64,000 bases of DNA from an uncultured Anaerolineaceae bacterium. Its GTDB lineage: Bacteria; Chloroflexota; Limnocylindria; Limnocylindrales; CSP1-4. The notes below the pieces were generated by a model. That model saw only the letters and a program-made list of their open reading frames with translations, searched no databases and was not told where the DNA came from. Made by a program: the position numbers and the translations under genes. The DNA is taken from assembly GCA_964579825.1 (NCBI GenBank), contig CAZOHT010000008.1, positions 33,613-97,612 on the forward strand, read 5' to 3'. Shown one piece after another: positions 18,708 to 28,976 of this stretch (the stretch's first letter is position 1; the number at the start of each line of letters is the position of its first letter).

Positions 18708-19874
18708 ATGGAGCACCGACAATCGCTCTTCTCGGGAGATGTCGACGAACCCGGATTGAGCCTCAGGTTCACCCCTGGTGTGATGCCTGAGCTCGATCTG
18801 CAGCCCAATGTCCGCCACGTATACGTCGACATGAACCACTGGATCAATCTCTCGAAGGCACGACTCGGCCGGGCGGGAATGGAGGCCTACGAGCCAGTGC
18901 TCGAACGCCTTCGGGCCGGCGTAAAGGCAGGCGAACTCAGCATTCCTCTATCGGCGGCCCATTACGAGGAGATGACCGGCATCTCTGACCCCAAGCAACG
19001 TGCTGACATTGCGTTGACGATGGATCGACTGGCTCGATACAGCGTGATCGCTGACCGGGCGATCCTGATGCGCCATCAACTGCTGGTCGCGCTCGCCGCC
19101 TGGCGTGGTATGAAGTGGGCCGACCTGGAAAAGGATGTTCTGTGGGGACGTGGCTTTTCGTTTGCGTTCGGCCACGGACCCGGAGGGATGGCGGTCCGTG
19201 GTCAGGCGCTCGCTCGTGAACGCTTCCTGGCCCAGGGCCTGCCACTGGTCAAGCGGATCGAGCGGTTCGTGGGTGACAGGTGGACCTTCGCTGAACGAGG
19301 GCGGGGCGGCTCAGATGTACCAGCGCGTGCCCTGTGGGAGTCGAGCGAGTACGCCATGCTCCGAGGGCCCAAGGATGAGGACCTGGAAGCGCTACGCGAA
19401 GATGGGTATGCGCCGGAACGATGGTCGAAGGGCATCGACGAGATCACAGCAAGAGAGCAGGATCTCTCGCGGATCTTGAAGGAGGAGGGCAAGAAGCAGC
19501 TCGATGACATCGTGGCTGCGCGTCTTTGGTACTGGGAGCTGAACGCGCCGGCTGGCTGGGCCGCCGACCAGCTCGGGATCGATCCTGACGCGATCCTTGC
19601 GTCTGGAGCCGCCAACATGACCAAGCTCTTGCGAGGCATGCCGATGATGGCCGTCGAGTTCGCGCTCCGGCGAGCCAACTGGGCAAACGGTGACTACACC
19701 TGGTCGCGAAACGACATCTTCGACCTCGCCCATCTCGGCGTGGCCGTGCCCTATTGCGATATCACCTGGACCGAACAGCACGCCTCGAGCGTCCTCAACG
19801 CTGCTCACGTTCCCGACCGACTGGGAACCCGCGTGGTTGCCCGCCCGCAAGACCTCCTGACTGCTCTTGGCTGA
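18708..19874 (+). CDS. Hypothetical protein (389 aa; alternative start 18783)
   Basis: Long ORF with protein-like composition from MEHRQSLF / MPELDLQPNVRHVYVDMNHW onward. The track ORF start at 18465 has a junk-like N-terminus. No family recognised. Lies between the Shedu-like gene and an HTH gene. Confidence 0.4.
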   Translation: MEHRQSLFSGDVDEPGLSLRFTPGVMPELDLQPNVRHVYVDMNHWINLSKARLGRAGMEAYEPVLERLRAGVKAGELSIPLSAAHYEEMTGISDPKQRADIALTMDRLARYSVIADRAILMRHQLLVALAAWRGMKWADLEKDVLWGRGFSFAFGHGPGGMAVRGQALARERFLAQGLPLVKRIERFVGDRWTFAERGRGGSDVPARALWESSEYAMLRGPKDEDLEALREDGYAPERWSKGIDEITAREQDLSRILKEEGKKQLDDIVAARLWYWELNAPAGWAADQLGIDPDAILASGAANMTKLLRGMPMMAVEFALRRANWANGDYTWSRNDIFDLAHLGVAVPYCDITWTEQHASSVLNAAHVPDRLGTRVVARPQDLLTALG

Positions 19875-19957
19875 CCCCACCGGAGGCTTGGCACCAGGTC
19901 CGACCAGATGTGCATCCGGCATACGTCGGCACAGCCTAATCCCGCTTCGAGTTCGCC

Positions 19958-20150
19958 TTGGCCGACGACCTGTTGTCGTTGCGCGAGGCGGCGGCGCTCG
20001 CGGGTCTCAGCGCATCGCATCTCCGGCTCCTCGCACGGACCGGCAAGATCGACCACACGAGGGTCGGGAGCTACTGGGCGACCACAGAAGCCGCTGTCCG
20101 CGCATATCTCGCCGACGAGGCGCTACGGGCGAAGGATCCGTACAGGTGCC
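19958..20150 (+). CDS. Small HTH DNA-binding protein (excisionase/AlpA/MerR-like). The ORF runs on to 20359 with an Arg/Cys-rich, probably non-coding, tail.
   Basis: N-terminus MADDLLSLREAAALAGLSASHLRLLARTGKIDHTRVGSYWATTEAAVRAYLA is a classic excisionase-type HTH. 3' end uncertain. Confidence 0.35.
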
Positions 20151-20267
20151 GCAATGGGCATCGATGCCCCGCTCTTCTCTGCCGCATAGCGTGTCGTGCC
20201 AACTCGCCGGGTGCGAGCGCTGCCAGCCGGGCAAGGCGTCGTATCTCAGCCGGGATGTCGATCTTGC

Positions 20268-20586
20268 GGCCGGTGGGATGCCGACGGTCATGCTTGCCGC
20301 GATCGCGTTTCGCGGGATGTATCTGGCTCGCCGCCTCCGAGCGGGTGGGACGCACGTGATCGAAGTCTATCCGCGAGCGTCGTTTCGCAGCCTCGGGTGG
20401 GATGGGCGACCGGCGAGCATCGACGAAGGTTGGAGACTTATCGCTTCGCTGGTGACGGGGGTCGAGGTGGGCACCCGCGACGACCTGGACGCTGTGTGTG
20501 CGGCTCTCGTCGCGGCCCAGATGGCTCAGGGCCGTGCCCACGAGGAGCGCGGGTCCGACGGATCGATGTGGGTGGCCGTGCCGTAG
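20268..20586 (+). pseudogene. Possible gene fragment (C-terminal part resembles DUF429-like proteins). The reading frame appears disrupted upstream.
   Basis: MPTVMLAAIAFRGMYLARRLRAGGTHVIEVYPRASF...DDLDAVCAALVAAQMAQG looks protein-like. A MGIDAPL segment lies in another frame just upstream (ends 20189). No convincing full-length ORF. Confidence 0.2.
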
Positions 20587-20843
20587 CGCGTGGGCCGCGT
20601 CAGAAATAAGCAGGAAATAAGTGGCGCTCGCTATGGTCGCCCGGCTACCCGCCAGACCTCGGTGTCATCCGGGTCTTGAGGGGATTCGGGATAGCGGTCG
20701 AATCCGAGACAGATCCAAACGGAGGGCTGGTACGGTCACCGACGCCACTTGACCACAGGCCCAGCGATGGGTCGCGCGCGGTGTGAGAGCGGTGTCGGCG
20801 GTGCCCTATATGGCCTGCCCAAGCATCGTGGAGGGAGCATCTC

Positions 20844-23800
20844 GTGCATCGTGGTCGCGGCCGCTCGATGAATCGCGTCGCCTGCCTGATCGCCGTGGCG
20901 GCGATCGCCTCTGAGGCGATGCTCGCGAACGTGCCGATCGTCAGGGCGGCATCGCCGGAGCCGTCGGGTCAGGTCGAGACCGCTCCGTCGCCGTCGACCG
21001 AACCGACCTCGTCACCGGCGGCGACCCAGCCGGTTTCAACGCCATCGCTCAACGCGCCGGGTTCGCCGATCCCGTCCCTCAGCGCCGCTCCATCCATCGT
21101 GCCGCAGGCGACGCCTGTGCCAGTGCCGATGACTCCGGACCACGCCGACCCAAAGCCCGGAGCCACGGAGATCGTCGCCGAGCGGACCGACCGGTCGCAG
21201 ACGTACGACAACCACGACGGCACGCGGACGACCGAGTTCTACGTCGAACCGGTCTTCTACAAGCCCGAGGGGTCTGACACCTATCAGCCGATCGAACTCG
21301 GCTTCGATGCGACGAACCAGGACGGGCTTGAGGCGATCTCAAGCAAGGCCCCGATCACGATCGGCTTGGCCGAGTCCACCTCGACCGACAACTTCCTTCG
21401 ACTCAGCGATGGCGCACAGCAGATCGGATTTGCGATGCCGGCCGACCTTGCCAGAACCGCCGAACCGGTCAAACCAGCGATCGACGGTCGGGTTGCAGAC
21501 TTCAGGGACTTCTACCCAGGGATCGACCTCCGCGTCATCGCCAACGCCGATGGGGCGAAGTCGTTCTTCATCTGGCACTCCAACCCGGCCGACTCGACCC
21601 TTCGCTATGTCGTCGACGCCCCAGGCTTGACGCTTGTCGCCGAGCGGGATGGCTCCATCTCGTTGATGGGTGCGAACGAGAAGGTCGTCGCGTCGATCCC
21701 CCGACCCTATGCCGTGGACTCGACCGCGGATGAGCGCGCCGGCGGCGGTCGGTTCACCGACAAAGTCTCGCTCAACCTGGCTGAGGACGGCAGGACGATC
21801 ACGGTCGCGGTCGATCCCGATTGGCTGAAGACCGCCGTGTATCCGGTCTACGTGGATCCGTCCACGGGCTGGGTCGTCAACAGCGGGACCAACACCTACG
21901 GCGATGCCTTCACGGCGTCGAACTATCCGGGCACCAACTTTGGCAACTACCAGCGTCCCGACTCGCCCTACTACCACGAGCTGTGGAATGGACTCGATCC
22001 ATCCGGAACCTCGGGTACCAGCCTGACCTACTTGAAATGGAATCTGAGCGGGATCATGGACACGACGGTCGAGTCGGCGACCCTCGCCCTTGATCCCTAC
22101 CACCAGTACTACGACGCCCCGACGGTGCTGAACACCTACGTCCGCCGCGTCGAAGAGCTCTGGTATCAGAACTCCGTGACCTGGACCACGGCACCCGACT
22201 TCACGTACGACGACTCGAGCACCGCCGGCTGCGTCGAAGGCGCCTGGTGCTACTGGGATGTCGCCGCCATCGTCCAGAAGTGGACGAACTGGAGTTTCAC
22301 GAACTACGGATTCCAGATCGACAACGAGGGGCACGGGTCGACGTATTGGAAGCGCTTCGTGTCGTCGGAGGAGACGACGACCGGGATGGTCCCGCAACTC
22401 AAGGTCATCTACCACGTCCCGACCGTCACGGACCTGACCCCGCGGTTCACGGGAACGGTGGCCTGGTCCACGCCGAATGCACAGACCAAGTTCCAGGTCG
22501 AGGTCGCCACCGACGGGACCTTCACGACCCCGGTGGCCCTATCGGGTCAAGTCGCAAGCTCCGCGACCAGTTGGCGGATCCAGCCCAATCAGGTCACGCC
22601 GATGGTTGACGATGCCGTCTACTCGTATCGTGTCAGGATCTTTGATGGTTCCTGGACCACCTATGCCCAGGGCACCTTCACCTACGACGCGTACCTGCGT
22701 GGCGAGGAGACCTACTACGACAGCGTGCCGTTCGACCTCGGTGGCGGCCTCGGTCTCGAGGTCGGCGCCCAGAACGGCGAGGCTCGACTCCAGCGCGACC
22801 TGTTCAGCATCCCGTCCTATGGACCCGCGGGCGAACTGCGCCTGACCCACAGCTCGCTCGATCCGTCGGGTGCCGGCGCATTCGGGGTCGGCTGGTCGTC
22901 GAACCTCACCCAGTACCTGACCTTTGAGAACGGCCTCGTCGTGTGGCACCGCGCCGATGGGGGCCGGGTCGCCTTCTCGAACGCGACCGGCAGTTGGCTT
23001 GTCCAGGGTGGCCACTTCGAAACGCTCGTCCGTGGCACGAACGATGTCATCACGTTGAAGGATCAGACGAAGCTGACCTTCCAGAACTCGAGCGCTGGAC
23101 ACCTGCTCTCGATCACCAACCGCTTCGGCAAGGCACTCACCATCACTGGCTGGGGTACGTCAACCGTCACCGCGACCGACGCAGCCGGCCGCGCCACGAC
23201 CCTCGGCTTCACGGGCTCGCTCATCACCAGCGCGACCGACTCGGCCGGTCGTGCCTGGGGCTTCACCTACACCGGCACAAACCTCACGACCCTGACCGAT
23301 CCCGCAAGCAAGACCACGACCTTCGCCTATAGCGGCAGCAAGGTGACCACGATCACTCGTGCGCGGACCAAGGCGGCCGGCGGGACCGACTCGATCGTCT
23401 GGGCCATCGGTTACACCAGCGGCCTCGTGACCAGCGTCACCGACCCGATCGGTGCCGCGACCGGAGGCACGCCGGCGCACACCTTCACGACGACCGCATC
23501 TTCAACCGTCGCTGGTCCGCTGCGCACCTATTCCCCGGTCGTACGCAACACGACCACGTACACCCTCGATGGGTACGGGCGCTCCACCTCGATCCTCGAT
23601 CCGGGCGGCTACACGACCAAGCAGACCTTCTATCCCGATGGAACACTCAAGCGCATCGACCGTCCGGTCGCGCTTTCGCCGTCGGCCACCTGGGCTCGCA
23701 CCGACTACCTCTATACGGCCGGCAACCTTGTCCAGGAGACCGTGGGCCTCGATGCGACCGCGACCGGAGCACCGACCAGCACGATCGTCAACGTCATGTC

Positions 23801-26800
23801 GTACAACGCGACCAATGACCTGCTGACCCGCTCCGAGGACGACGGAACGTCATTGGCCCGCGTCATCACGCTCAACAAGTACGACGGATCAGGTCATCTG
23901 ACCGACGTCATCGAGAACTGCACCACCACCGGGACGACGCCGCCGGCGACCGCCTCGAGTTGCACCGGCGCGGGCACCCACGACGGCTCGACGAACCTCA
24001 CCACCACCTACAAGTACACCGCCAACGACCAGGTCGATGTCGAATGGAACCCGCGTGGCTATGCGACCAAGCACGTCTACGACGCGAACGGGAACGAGAC
24101 CTCGACCATCACGAACTGCACGACGTCTGGGACGACCGTCCCGACCCGCAACACCAGCTGCACCGCGGCTGGCACGCACGATGCCACCACCAACGTCACG
24201 ACGAGCGCGACCTTCGCGCTCGCCACGCGCGACGGCAAGGCCGGACTCCCTGGGACCACGACCGACGCCCTCGGTGCGATCACCACGAACACCTACGACG
24301 TCATCGGCCGCCAGACCATCGAGGTCCTGCCGGGCGACGCCACCATCCCGGTGCTGACTCGGACCACGGTGTTCGACGAGTACGACGCGCCGCTGACGGT
24401 CACCGAATCCTGGCCGGGGCTGTCGCCCTCGCGTGTGACCACCTCGGTCTATGACCTGCGCGGGCAGCTGCTGACCGAGACCAACCCGGCTGGTGAGGTC
24501 ACCTCCTCCGCCTACAACGCGGCCGGCGATGTCACGAGCTCCACGGCCAACGGCGTCACGACGACGAACACGGTGGACGGGCTGGGGAATGTCACCTCCG
24601 AGGTCACGGGCGGCGTCACGACGGCGCACGCCTATGACGGGCGGAGTGTGAAGTTGACCAGCACGGGCGCTGGCGCCGACGTCACGCTGACGGTCGACGG
24701 GATCACCCGGCCAACCAACCGGAAGGTCGGCTCCGGCGTCGCCATCGAGGATTCTCAGGACCTGACCGTCGCCGGCCACATCAAGGTCAGCCGAAGGGTC
24801 GGGGCTGGGTGGGTCCTGCAGACGGACGCGACCTTGGACCGCCTCGGGCGACAGGTCTCCCTCGCGACGGGCCCGACGAGTCCGCTGATCCAGACGTCCA
24901 CGTTCGACGCCAACGGCAACGAAGTCGCTGCCACAGCGCCAGCGGCGAGTGGCAGCGGCCCGCTGACAACGACGACGTACGACGCGCTCGATCGAACGAC
25001 GTCGGTCGTCGCCAACGACGTCGTAAGCGTCACCGACGCCACGAGCCAGGACTTGACCACCATCAGCTACTACGACGCCGCGGGCCAGGTCGTCGCAACG
25101 AAGGATCCGCTCAATGTCGTGACCCGGACCTTCTACAACGTCCGCGGCTTGCCGACCAAGATCGTGCTCAACTGCACCGACACGGGCACGACCGCGCCAT
25201 CGAACCCGGCGACCTGCGCGGGCACGGGCACGGCATCGTCCTCCTACAACGTCGTCACGACGATGACCTACGACGGATCCGGATCCCAAGTTACCTCGAC
25301 GCAGGTCATGAGCACAGGTTCGATCGTCACGGCATCCACGTACGATGCAGCGGGCCGGCTGACCAAGGTCATCGTGGATCAGGGCGGACTCGCGCTCACG
25401 ACCGAGTACGCCTTCGACTCGAATGGGCAGCCCTCGGCCGTCAAGGACCCGGCGGGGACCGTCAGTCGGACCTTCTACGACGCGGCCGGGCGAGTCAGCT
25501 CGACCGTGGCGAACTGCACGACCTCCGGCACGGCCCTACCGTCGCCGTGGGCCACCTGCACCGCTGGCGGCACGCACGACGGAACGTGGAATCTGACCAC
25601 GTCATTCACGTACGACAGTCGCGGCAACAAGGCCACCGAGACGGCGCCGAACGGCCGTGTCACGTCGTACACGTATGACCTCGCCGGGCGCGTCATCACG
25701 CGGACCGACGACTCGGGTGTCAGCAACCTCGTGACCACCTACTTCTTCGACGAACTCGGAAACCAGGTGGCCATCCAGGCACCGACCACGAATGGAACCA
25801 CGTTCGCTGTCACACGCTTCCTCTACGACGGCTACGGTCGCGTGACCCGGGAGATCCGCAACTGCACGAACTCGGGAGTCACGGTTCCGATCATCCCGGC
25901 CGATGCCCCAGCGTCCTGCTCGGGTAACGGCACCGAGGACTGGCAGACCAATCTCAAGACCGACTACGCGTACGACGATCGCGGCAACCGGATCCGCCTC
26001 ACGGTGCCCGACCCGTCAGAGACCACCTCCGCTCCAGCAAGCGGGACCGCCGCGTACGTCACAACCCAATATGCCTTCGACGGTGCCGACCGGCTTTGTC
26101 GCGTCGTGGAGCATGCGACTGGCTCGACCAACCTACAGACCCTTGCGAACCCCTGTTCAACGACGACCCAGACGACGGGTGCCGGCACGAATGCTTCGAC
26201 GCGTTACGTCTATGACGCCGCGGGCAGGATGACCAGCATGGTCGACGCCGCCGCCTACACGACCTCGTACGCCTACGACGGACTCGGTCGGACGACCTCC
26301 AGAACCGACGCCCTTGGAGCGACGCTGTATTGGAAGTACGACGAACTCGGCCGTCATACCCGGCAGGAGAACCGCTCTGACCCGCCGATGACCGCGAGTG
26401 TCACCTGGACCTACGACAAGGCCGGGCGTCAGCTGACCCGGACGGCCGACAGCGTGACCACGACCTACACCTACGACGTGAGCGGCAACAAGCTGACCGC
26501 GACCACGGGCAGCCAGGTCATCACCGCCACCTACGACCGACTGAACCGGCCGCTGACCGTCGACGACGAGGACGCCGGCTCGACAGCCGACACGACCTAC
26601 ACCTACGCCTTCACCAACCCCTCATGGACGGACCCGACCGGCACCTATGGCGTGACGCTCGACAAGTTCGACCGAGCTACCGCGATCAATGATCCGGTCA
26701 ACGCTGCCGACTTCACCGTGACCTATCGGGCTGACGGCCAGCGAGCGACGTTCGGCCAGCCCAACGGCAACACGACCGACTTCACCTACGACACCGCCGG

Positions 26801-28244
26801 CCACCTGACCGGATCCGACGACGACACCTCGGGCGGCACCGACCGGGCCGTCTATGCCTGGACGTACAACCGGGCCGGCCAGGTCCTGAGCGAGGCCAGC
26901 ACGATCACTGGCGATACCAGCAACGGCACGATCACTTATGGCTACGACAAGCTTGGGCGGCTGACCGGCTCGACCGTGGCTGGCACGACCACCGCCTACG
27001 CCTGGGACGCCGTCCCGAACCGCACGAGTGTGAAGATCGGGGCCGGCACCGCCGCCCTGACCGCGTACGATGCTGCCAACCGGCCGACCAGCGGCACGAC
27101 CCCGACCGCTACGTACACGAGCGACGCCGATGGCCGCCTGACCGCACAGCCCGGCCAGCAGTTCGTGTGGGATCACCTCGGTCGCCTGACCCAGGTCAAG
27201 AACAGCGGCGGGACCGTCCTCGCCACCTACAGCTACGACCCACTCGATCGACTCCGCCTGGTCGACTACGGCGGCAGCAACCGCATCCGCTTCCGCTATG
27301 TCGGACTGACCACGTCAGCGGCCCAATGGATCGACGATGTGGCTGGCACGGTCACCCGCAACATCGGCACCGGCTGGACCGGCGAGCGCCTGCTCGACTG
27401 GACCGGTGCCGGCTCCAACATCCGTATCTACGGTGAGAACGCCCACCACGACGTCACCTGGCTGGCCACCAACACGGGCACCGTCAGCCAGGCCCTCCGC
27501 TACGACCCATGGGGCACGCCGCGGACCACGGTCCCGACCGGCTACACGCCATTCCGGTTCCAGGGCAGCTGGTTCGACGACACGACCGCCCTGTCCTGGG
27601 TCGTTACCCGCTGGTATGCGCCCAACCTCGGTCGGTTCATCAGCGAGGACTCACTCCTGGGCGATGCCATCGACCCACCATCCCGGCACCTGTACGCTTA
27701 TGGGCAGGGCGAGCCGGTGGGGCGCTGGGATCCGGACGGGAGGTGCCCAACCGCAGCCGCGGTCGTGATCCCGGTTATTGGTCCGTACTTCGCGATTAGC
27801 TCCTGCGCAATTTGGGTAGGTGCCTTGCTCGTGGTTCCGGTCGCAGCGGTAGCAATCTCGGCCCTACCCTTCAGCGCCTCCGATGCCGTGCCTCGTCGCA
27901 TGGCGATAGGACTTTCGGTGACCCTTCCCCGCGCTGACGCAACGCAGATCAAGCCCGAGAAGTCGAAGAGGTGCTTTGCAATTGGTGAGTTGCAGGCAAG
28001 AGTCACCGCGTTTGCCCTGGCGCACAACTGCAGTCGGATGCCAGACTTGCCCGGCATGTCGACCCAGCAGCGGATGGCGTTGAATGCCATCTGGATTGTG
28101 GAGATGATGGGCCTAAGAAAGACCCTCTACGACTGCGGTCGATACTACGACGTCATGTCCAAGTACTACCGATTGGAGAAGGGCTTGACCTTTTCGTACT
28201 CGCCGCAATACCGGGTCAGCTGCCCGGTACCTAAGGGCCGCTGA
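20844..28244 (+). CDS. Secreted RHS/YD-repeat polymorphic toxin (2466 aa) with a novel ~170-aa hydrophobic C-terminal toxin domain
   Basis: GGAGGG-8 nt-GTG start. Signal peptide MNRVACLIAVAAIASEAMLANVPIVRAASP. N-terminal module is paralogous to RHS1 (AVYPVYVDP versus AIYPVTLDP). Many YD repeats. RHS core end RWYAPNLGRFISEDS...RWDPDGR. The C-terminal domain has two hydrophobic helices (AAAVVIPVIGPYFAISSCAIWVGALLVVPVAAVAISALPF) and no family I recognise. Confidence 0.85.
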   Translation: MHRGRGRSMNRVACLIAVAAIASEAMLANVPIVRAASPEPSGQVETAPSPSTEPTSSPAATQPVSTPSLNAPGSPIPSLSAAPSIVPQATPVPVPMTPDHADPKPGATEIVAERTDRSQTYDNHDGTRTTEFYVEPVFYKPEGSDTYQPIELGFDATNQDGLEAISSKAPITIGLAESTSTDNFLRLSDGAQQIGFAMPADLARTAEPVKPAIDGRVADFRDFYPGIDLRVIANADGAKSFFIWHSNPADSTLRYVVDAPGLTLVAERDGSISLMGANEKVVASIPRPYAVDSTADERAGGGRFTDKVSLNLAEDGRTITVAVDPDWLKTAVYPVYVDPSTGWVVNSGTNTYGDAFTASNYPGTNFGNYQRPDSPYYHELWNGLDPSGTSGTSLTYLKWNLSGIMDTTVESATLALDPYHQYYDAPTVLNTYVRRVEELWYQNSVTWTTAPDFTYDDSSTAGCVEGAWCYWDVAAIVQKWTNWSFTNYGFQIDNEGHGSTYWKRFVSSEETTTGMVPQLKVIYHVPTVTDLTPRFTGTVAWSTPNAQTKFQVEVATDGTFTTPVALSGQVASSATSWRIQPNQVTPMVDDAVYSYRVRIFDGSWTTYAQGTFTYDAYLRGEETYYDSVPFDLGGGLGLEVGAQNGEARLQRDLFSIPSYGPAGELRLTHSSLDPSGAGAFGVGWSSNLTQYLTFENGLVVWHRADGGRVAFSNATGSWLVQGGHFETLVRGTNDVITLKDQTKLTFQNSSAGHLLSITNRFGKALTITGWGTSTVTATDAAGRATTLGFTGSLITSATDSAGRAWGFTYTGTNLTTLTDPASKTTTFAYSGSKVTTITRARTKAAGGTDSIVWAIGYTSGLVTSVTDPIGAATGGTPAHTFTTTASSTVAGPLRTYSPVVRNTTTYTLDGYGRSTSILDPGGYTTKQTFYPDGTLKRIDRPVALSPSATWARTDYLYTAGNLVQETVGLDATATGAPTSTIVNVMSYNATNDLLTRSEDDGTSLARVITLNKYDGSGHLTDVIENCTTTGTTPPATASSCTGAGTHDGSTNLTTTYKYTANDQVDVEWNPRGYATKHVYDANGNETSTITNCTTSGTTVPTRNTSCTAAGTHDATTNVTTSATFALATRDGKAGLPGTTTDALGAITTNTYDVIGRQTIEVLPGDATIPVLTRTTVFDEYDAPLTVTESWPGLSPSRVTTSVYDLRGQLLTETNPAGEVTSSAYNAAGDVTSSTANGVTTTNTVDGLGNVTSEVTGGVTTAHAYDGRSVKLTSTGAGADVTLTVDGITRPTNRKVGSGVAIEDSQDLTVAGHIKVSRRVGAGWVLQTDATLDRLGRQVSLATGPTSPLIQTSTFDANGNEVAATAPAASGSGPLTTTTYDALDRTTSVVANDVVSVTDATSQDLTTISYYDAAGQVVATKDPLNVVTRTFYNVRGLPTKIVLNCTDTGTTAPSNPATCAGTGTASSSYNVVTTMTYDGSGSQVTSTQVMSTGSIVTASTYDAAGRLTKVIVDQGGLALTTEYAFDSNGQPSAVKDPAGTVSRTFYDAAGRVSSTVANCTTSGTALPSPWATCTAGGTHDGTWNLTTSFTYDSRGNKATETAPNGRVTSYTYDLAGRVITRTDDSGVSNLVTTYFFDELGNQVAIQAPTTNGTTFAVTRFLYDGYGRVTREIRNCTNSGVTVPIIPADAPASCSGNGTEDWQTNLKTDYAYDDRGNRIRLTVPDPSETTSAPASGTAAYVTTQYAFDGADRLCRVVEHATGSTNLQTLANPCSTTTQTTGAGTNASTRYVYDAAGRMTSMVDAAAYTTSYAYDGLGRTTSRTDALGATLYWKYDELGRHTRQENRSDPPMTASVTWTYDKAGRQLTRTADSVTTTYTYDVSGNKLTATTGSQVITATYDRLNRPLTVDDEDAGSTADTTYTYAFTNPSWTDPTGTYGVTLDKFDRATAINDPVNAADFTVTYRADGQRATFGQPNGNTTDFTYDTAGHLTGSDDDTSGGTDRAVYAWTYNRAGQVLSEASTITGDTSNGTITYGYDKLGRLTGSTVAGTTTAYAWDAVPNRTSVKIGAGTAALTAYDAANRPTSGTTPTATYTSDADGRLTAQPGQQFVWDHLGRLTQVKNSGGTVLATYSYDPLDRLRLVDYGGSNRIRFRYVGLTTSAAQWIDDVAGTVTRNIGTGWTGERLLDWTGAGSNIRIYGENAHHDVTWLATNTGTVSQALRYDPWGTPRTTVPTGYTPFRFQGSWFDDTTALSWVVTRWYAPNLGRFISEDSLLGDAIDPPSRHLYAYGQGEPVGRWDPDGRCPTAAAVVIPVIGPYFAISSCAIWVGALLVVPVAAVAISALPFSASDAVPRRMAIGLSVTLPRADATQIKPEKSKRCFAIGELQARVTAFALAHNCSRMPDLPGMSTQQRMALNAIWIVEMMGLRKTLYDCGRYYDVMSKYYRLEKGLTFSYSPQYRVSCPVPKGR

Positions 28245-28706
28245 ATGCCATCCCTAGGACAATTGCCGGACTCAGTCGACGAGCAGGTCGAGGTCGCGCT
28301 CAAGGGGGAGTACGCGTGGTGGTTCCGTGCAGTCCTTGACGAGTTCGCGTTCTTGGGAAGCGACTACGACTATCGGATCAACCTAGTGGAACCCCACTTC
28401 AGGGGCTGCTCCGTCTTCTTTGGTCGACCCGAGGCGGACCTATTGTTCGCCTTCGAGCCAGAGTCGGAATTGGTCATTGGGGAGTTCTGGGTACGTCAAG
28501 CTCCCGGGCAAAACAATGTGCTCAAGTTGGACAACCTGCTTGCCGTGCGTGATCCAGGCTGGCGGAGCGTTCGTTTGCGCGACGACTTTCCAAGCGTGCA
28601 GGCCTGGGTAGCTGCCACGCTGACCGCATGGGCGGTCGGCCTAAAGGCCCATGCGCCAGACTTGCTGGCCGGTCAGTTCGTGGGGCATCTACCGTGGACA
28701 GATTAG
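28245..28706 (+). CDS. Putative immunity protein for the RHS2 C-terminal toxin
   Basis: ATG at 28245 immediately follows the toxin stop codon (TGA 28242-28244). 153 aa, cytoplasmic-looking. Canonical immunity position. Confidence 0.5.
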   Translation: MPSLGQLPDSVDEQVEVALKGEYAWWFRAVLDEFAFLGSDYDYRINLVEPHFRGCSVFFGRPEADLLFAFEPESELVIGEFWVRQAPGQNNVLKLDNLLAVRDPGWRSVRLRDDFPSVQAWVAATLTAWAVGLKAHAPDLLAGQFVGHLPWTD

Positions 28707-28842
28707 TGCCACGCGTCGTCGTTCGCAGGCTTGTCTGATCTAGTCTCCCTTGCCCTACTCCCACTGCATCCGCATGCCGTTCGATACCGGCTGCAGCACC
28801 TCCGCGTCCGCTTCAGCGTCCGCCTGAGTGCCTTCTCTATAT

Positions 28843-28872
28843 CCCCCCCCGACGTTGACTGACGTGGGGGTG
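28843..28872. terminator. GC-rich hairpin between the convergent RHS2-immunity genes and TerL (candidate bidirectional terminator, no U-tract)
   Basis: cccccccgacgt-tgactg-acgtgggggtg can form a ~9-bp stem with one mismatch. Lies in a 270-bp convergent intergenic region. Confidence 0.25.
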
Positions 28873-28976
28873 TCTCATACTCCTGATCCCTTGCATGCAG
28901 CTCGGAATTCGTCGCCGTCGTAGAGCCCCACGAGTCCTTCCGCCGTGACGCGAGGTGCGGCAGGCGGCAACTGCCC

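Noticed and set aside
20603-20621. Short direct repeat GAAATAAG(CAG)GAAATAAG upstream of RHS2
   Set aside because: Only two 8-bp copies, and AT-rich promoter-like sequence. Too small to call without further support.
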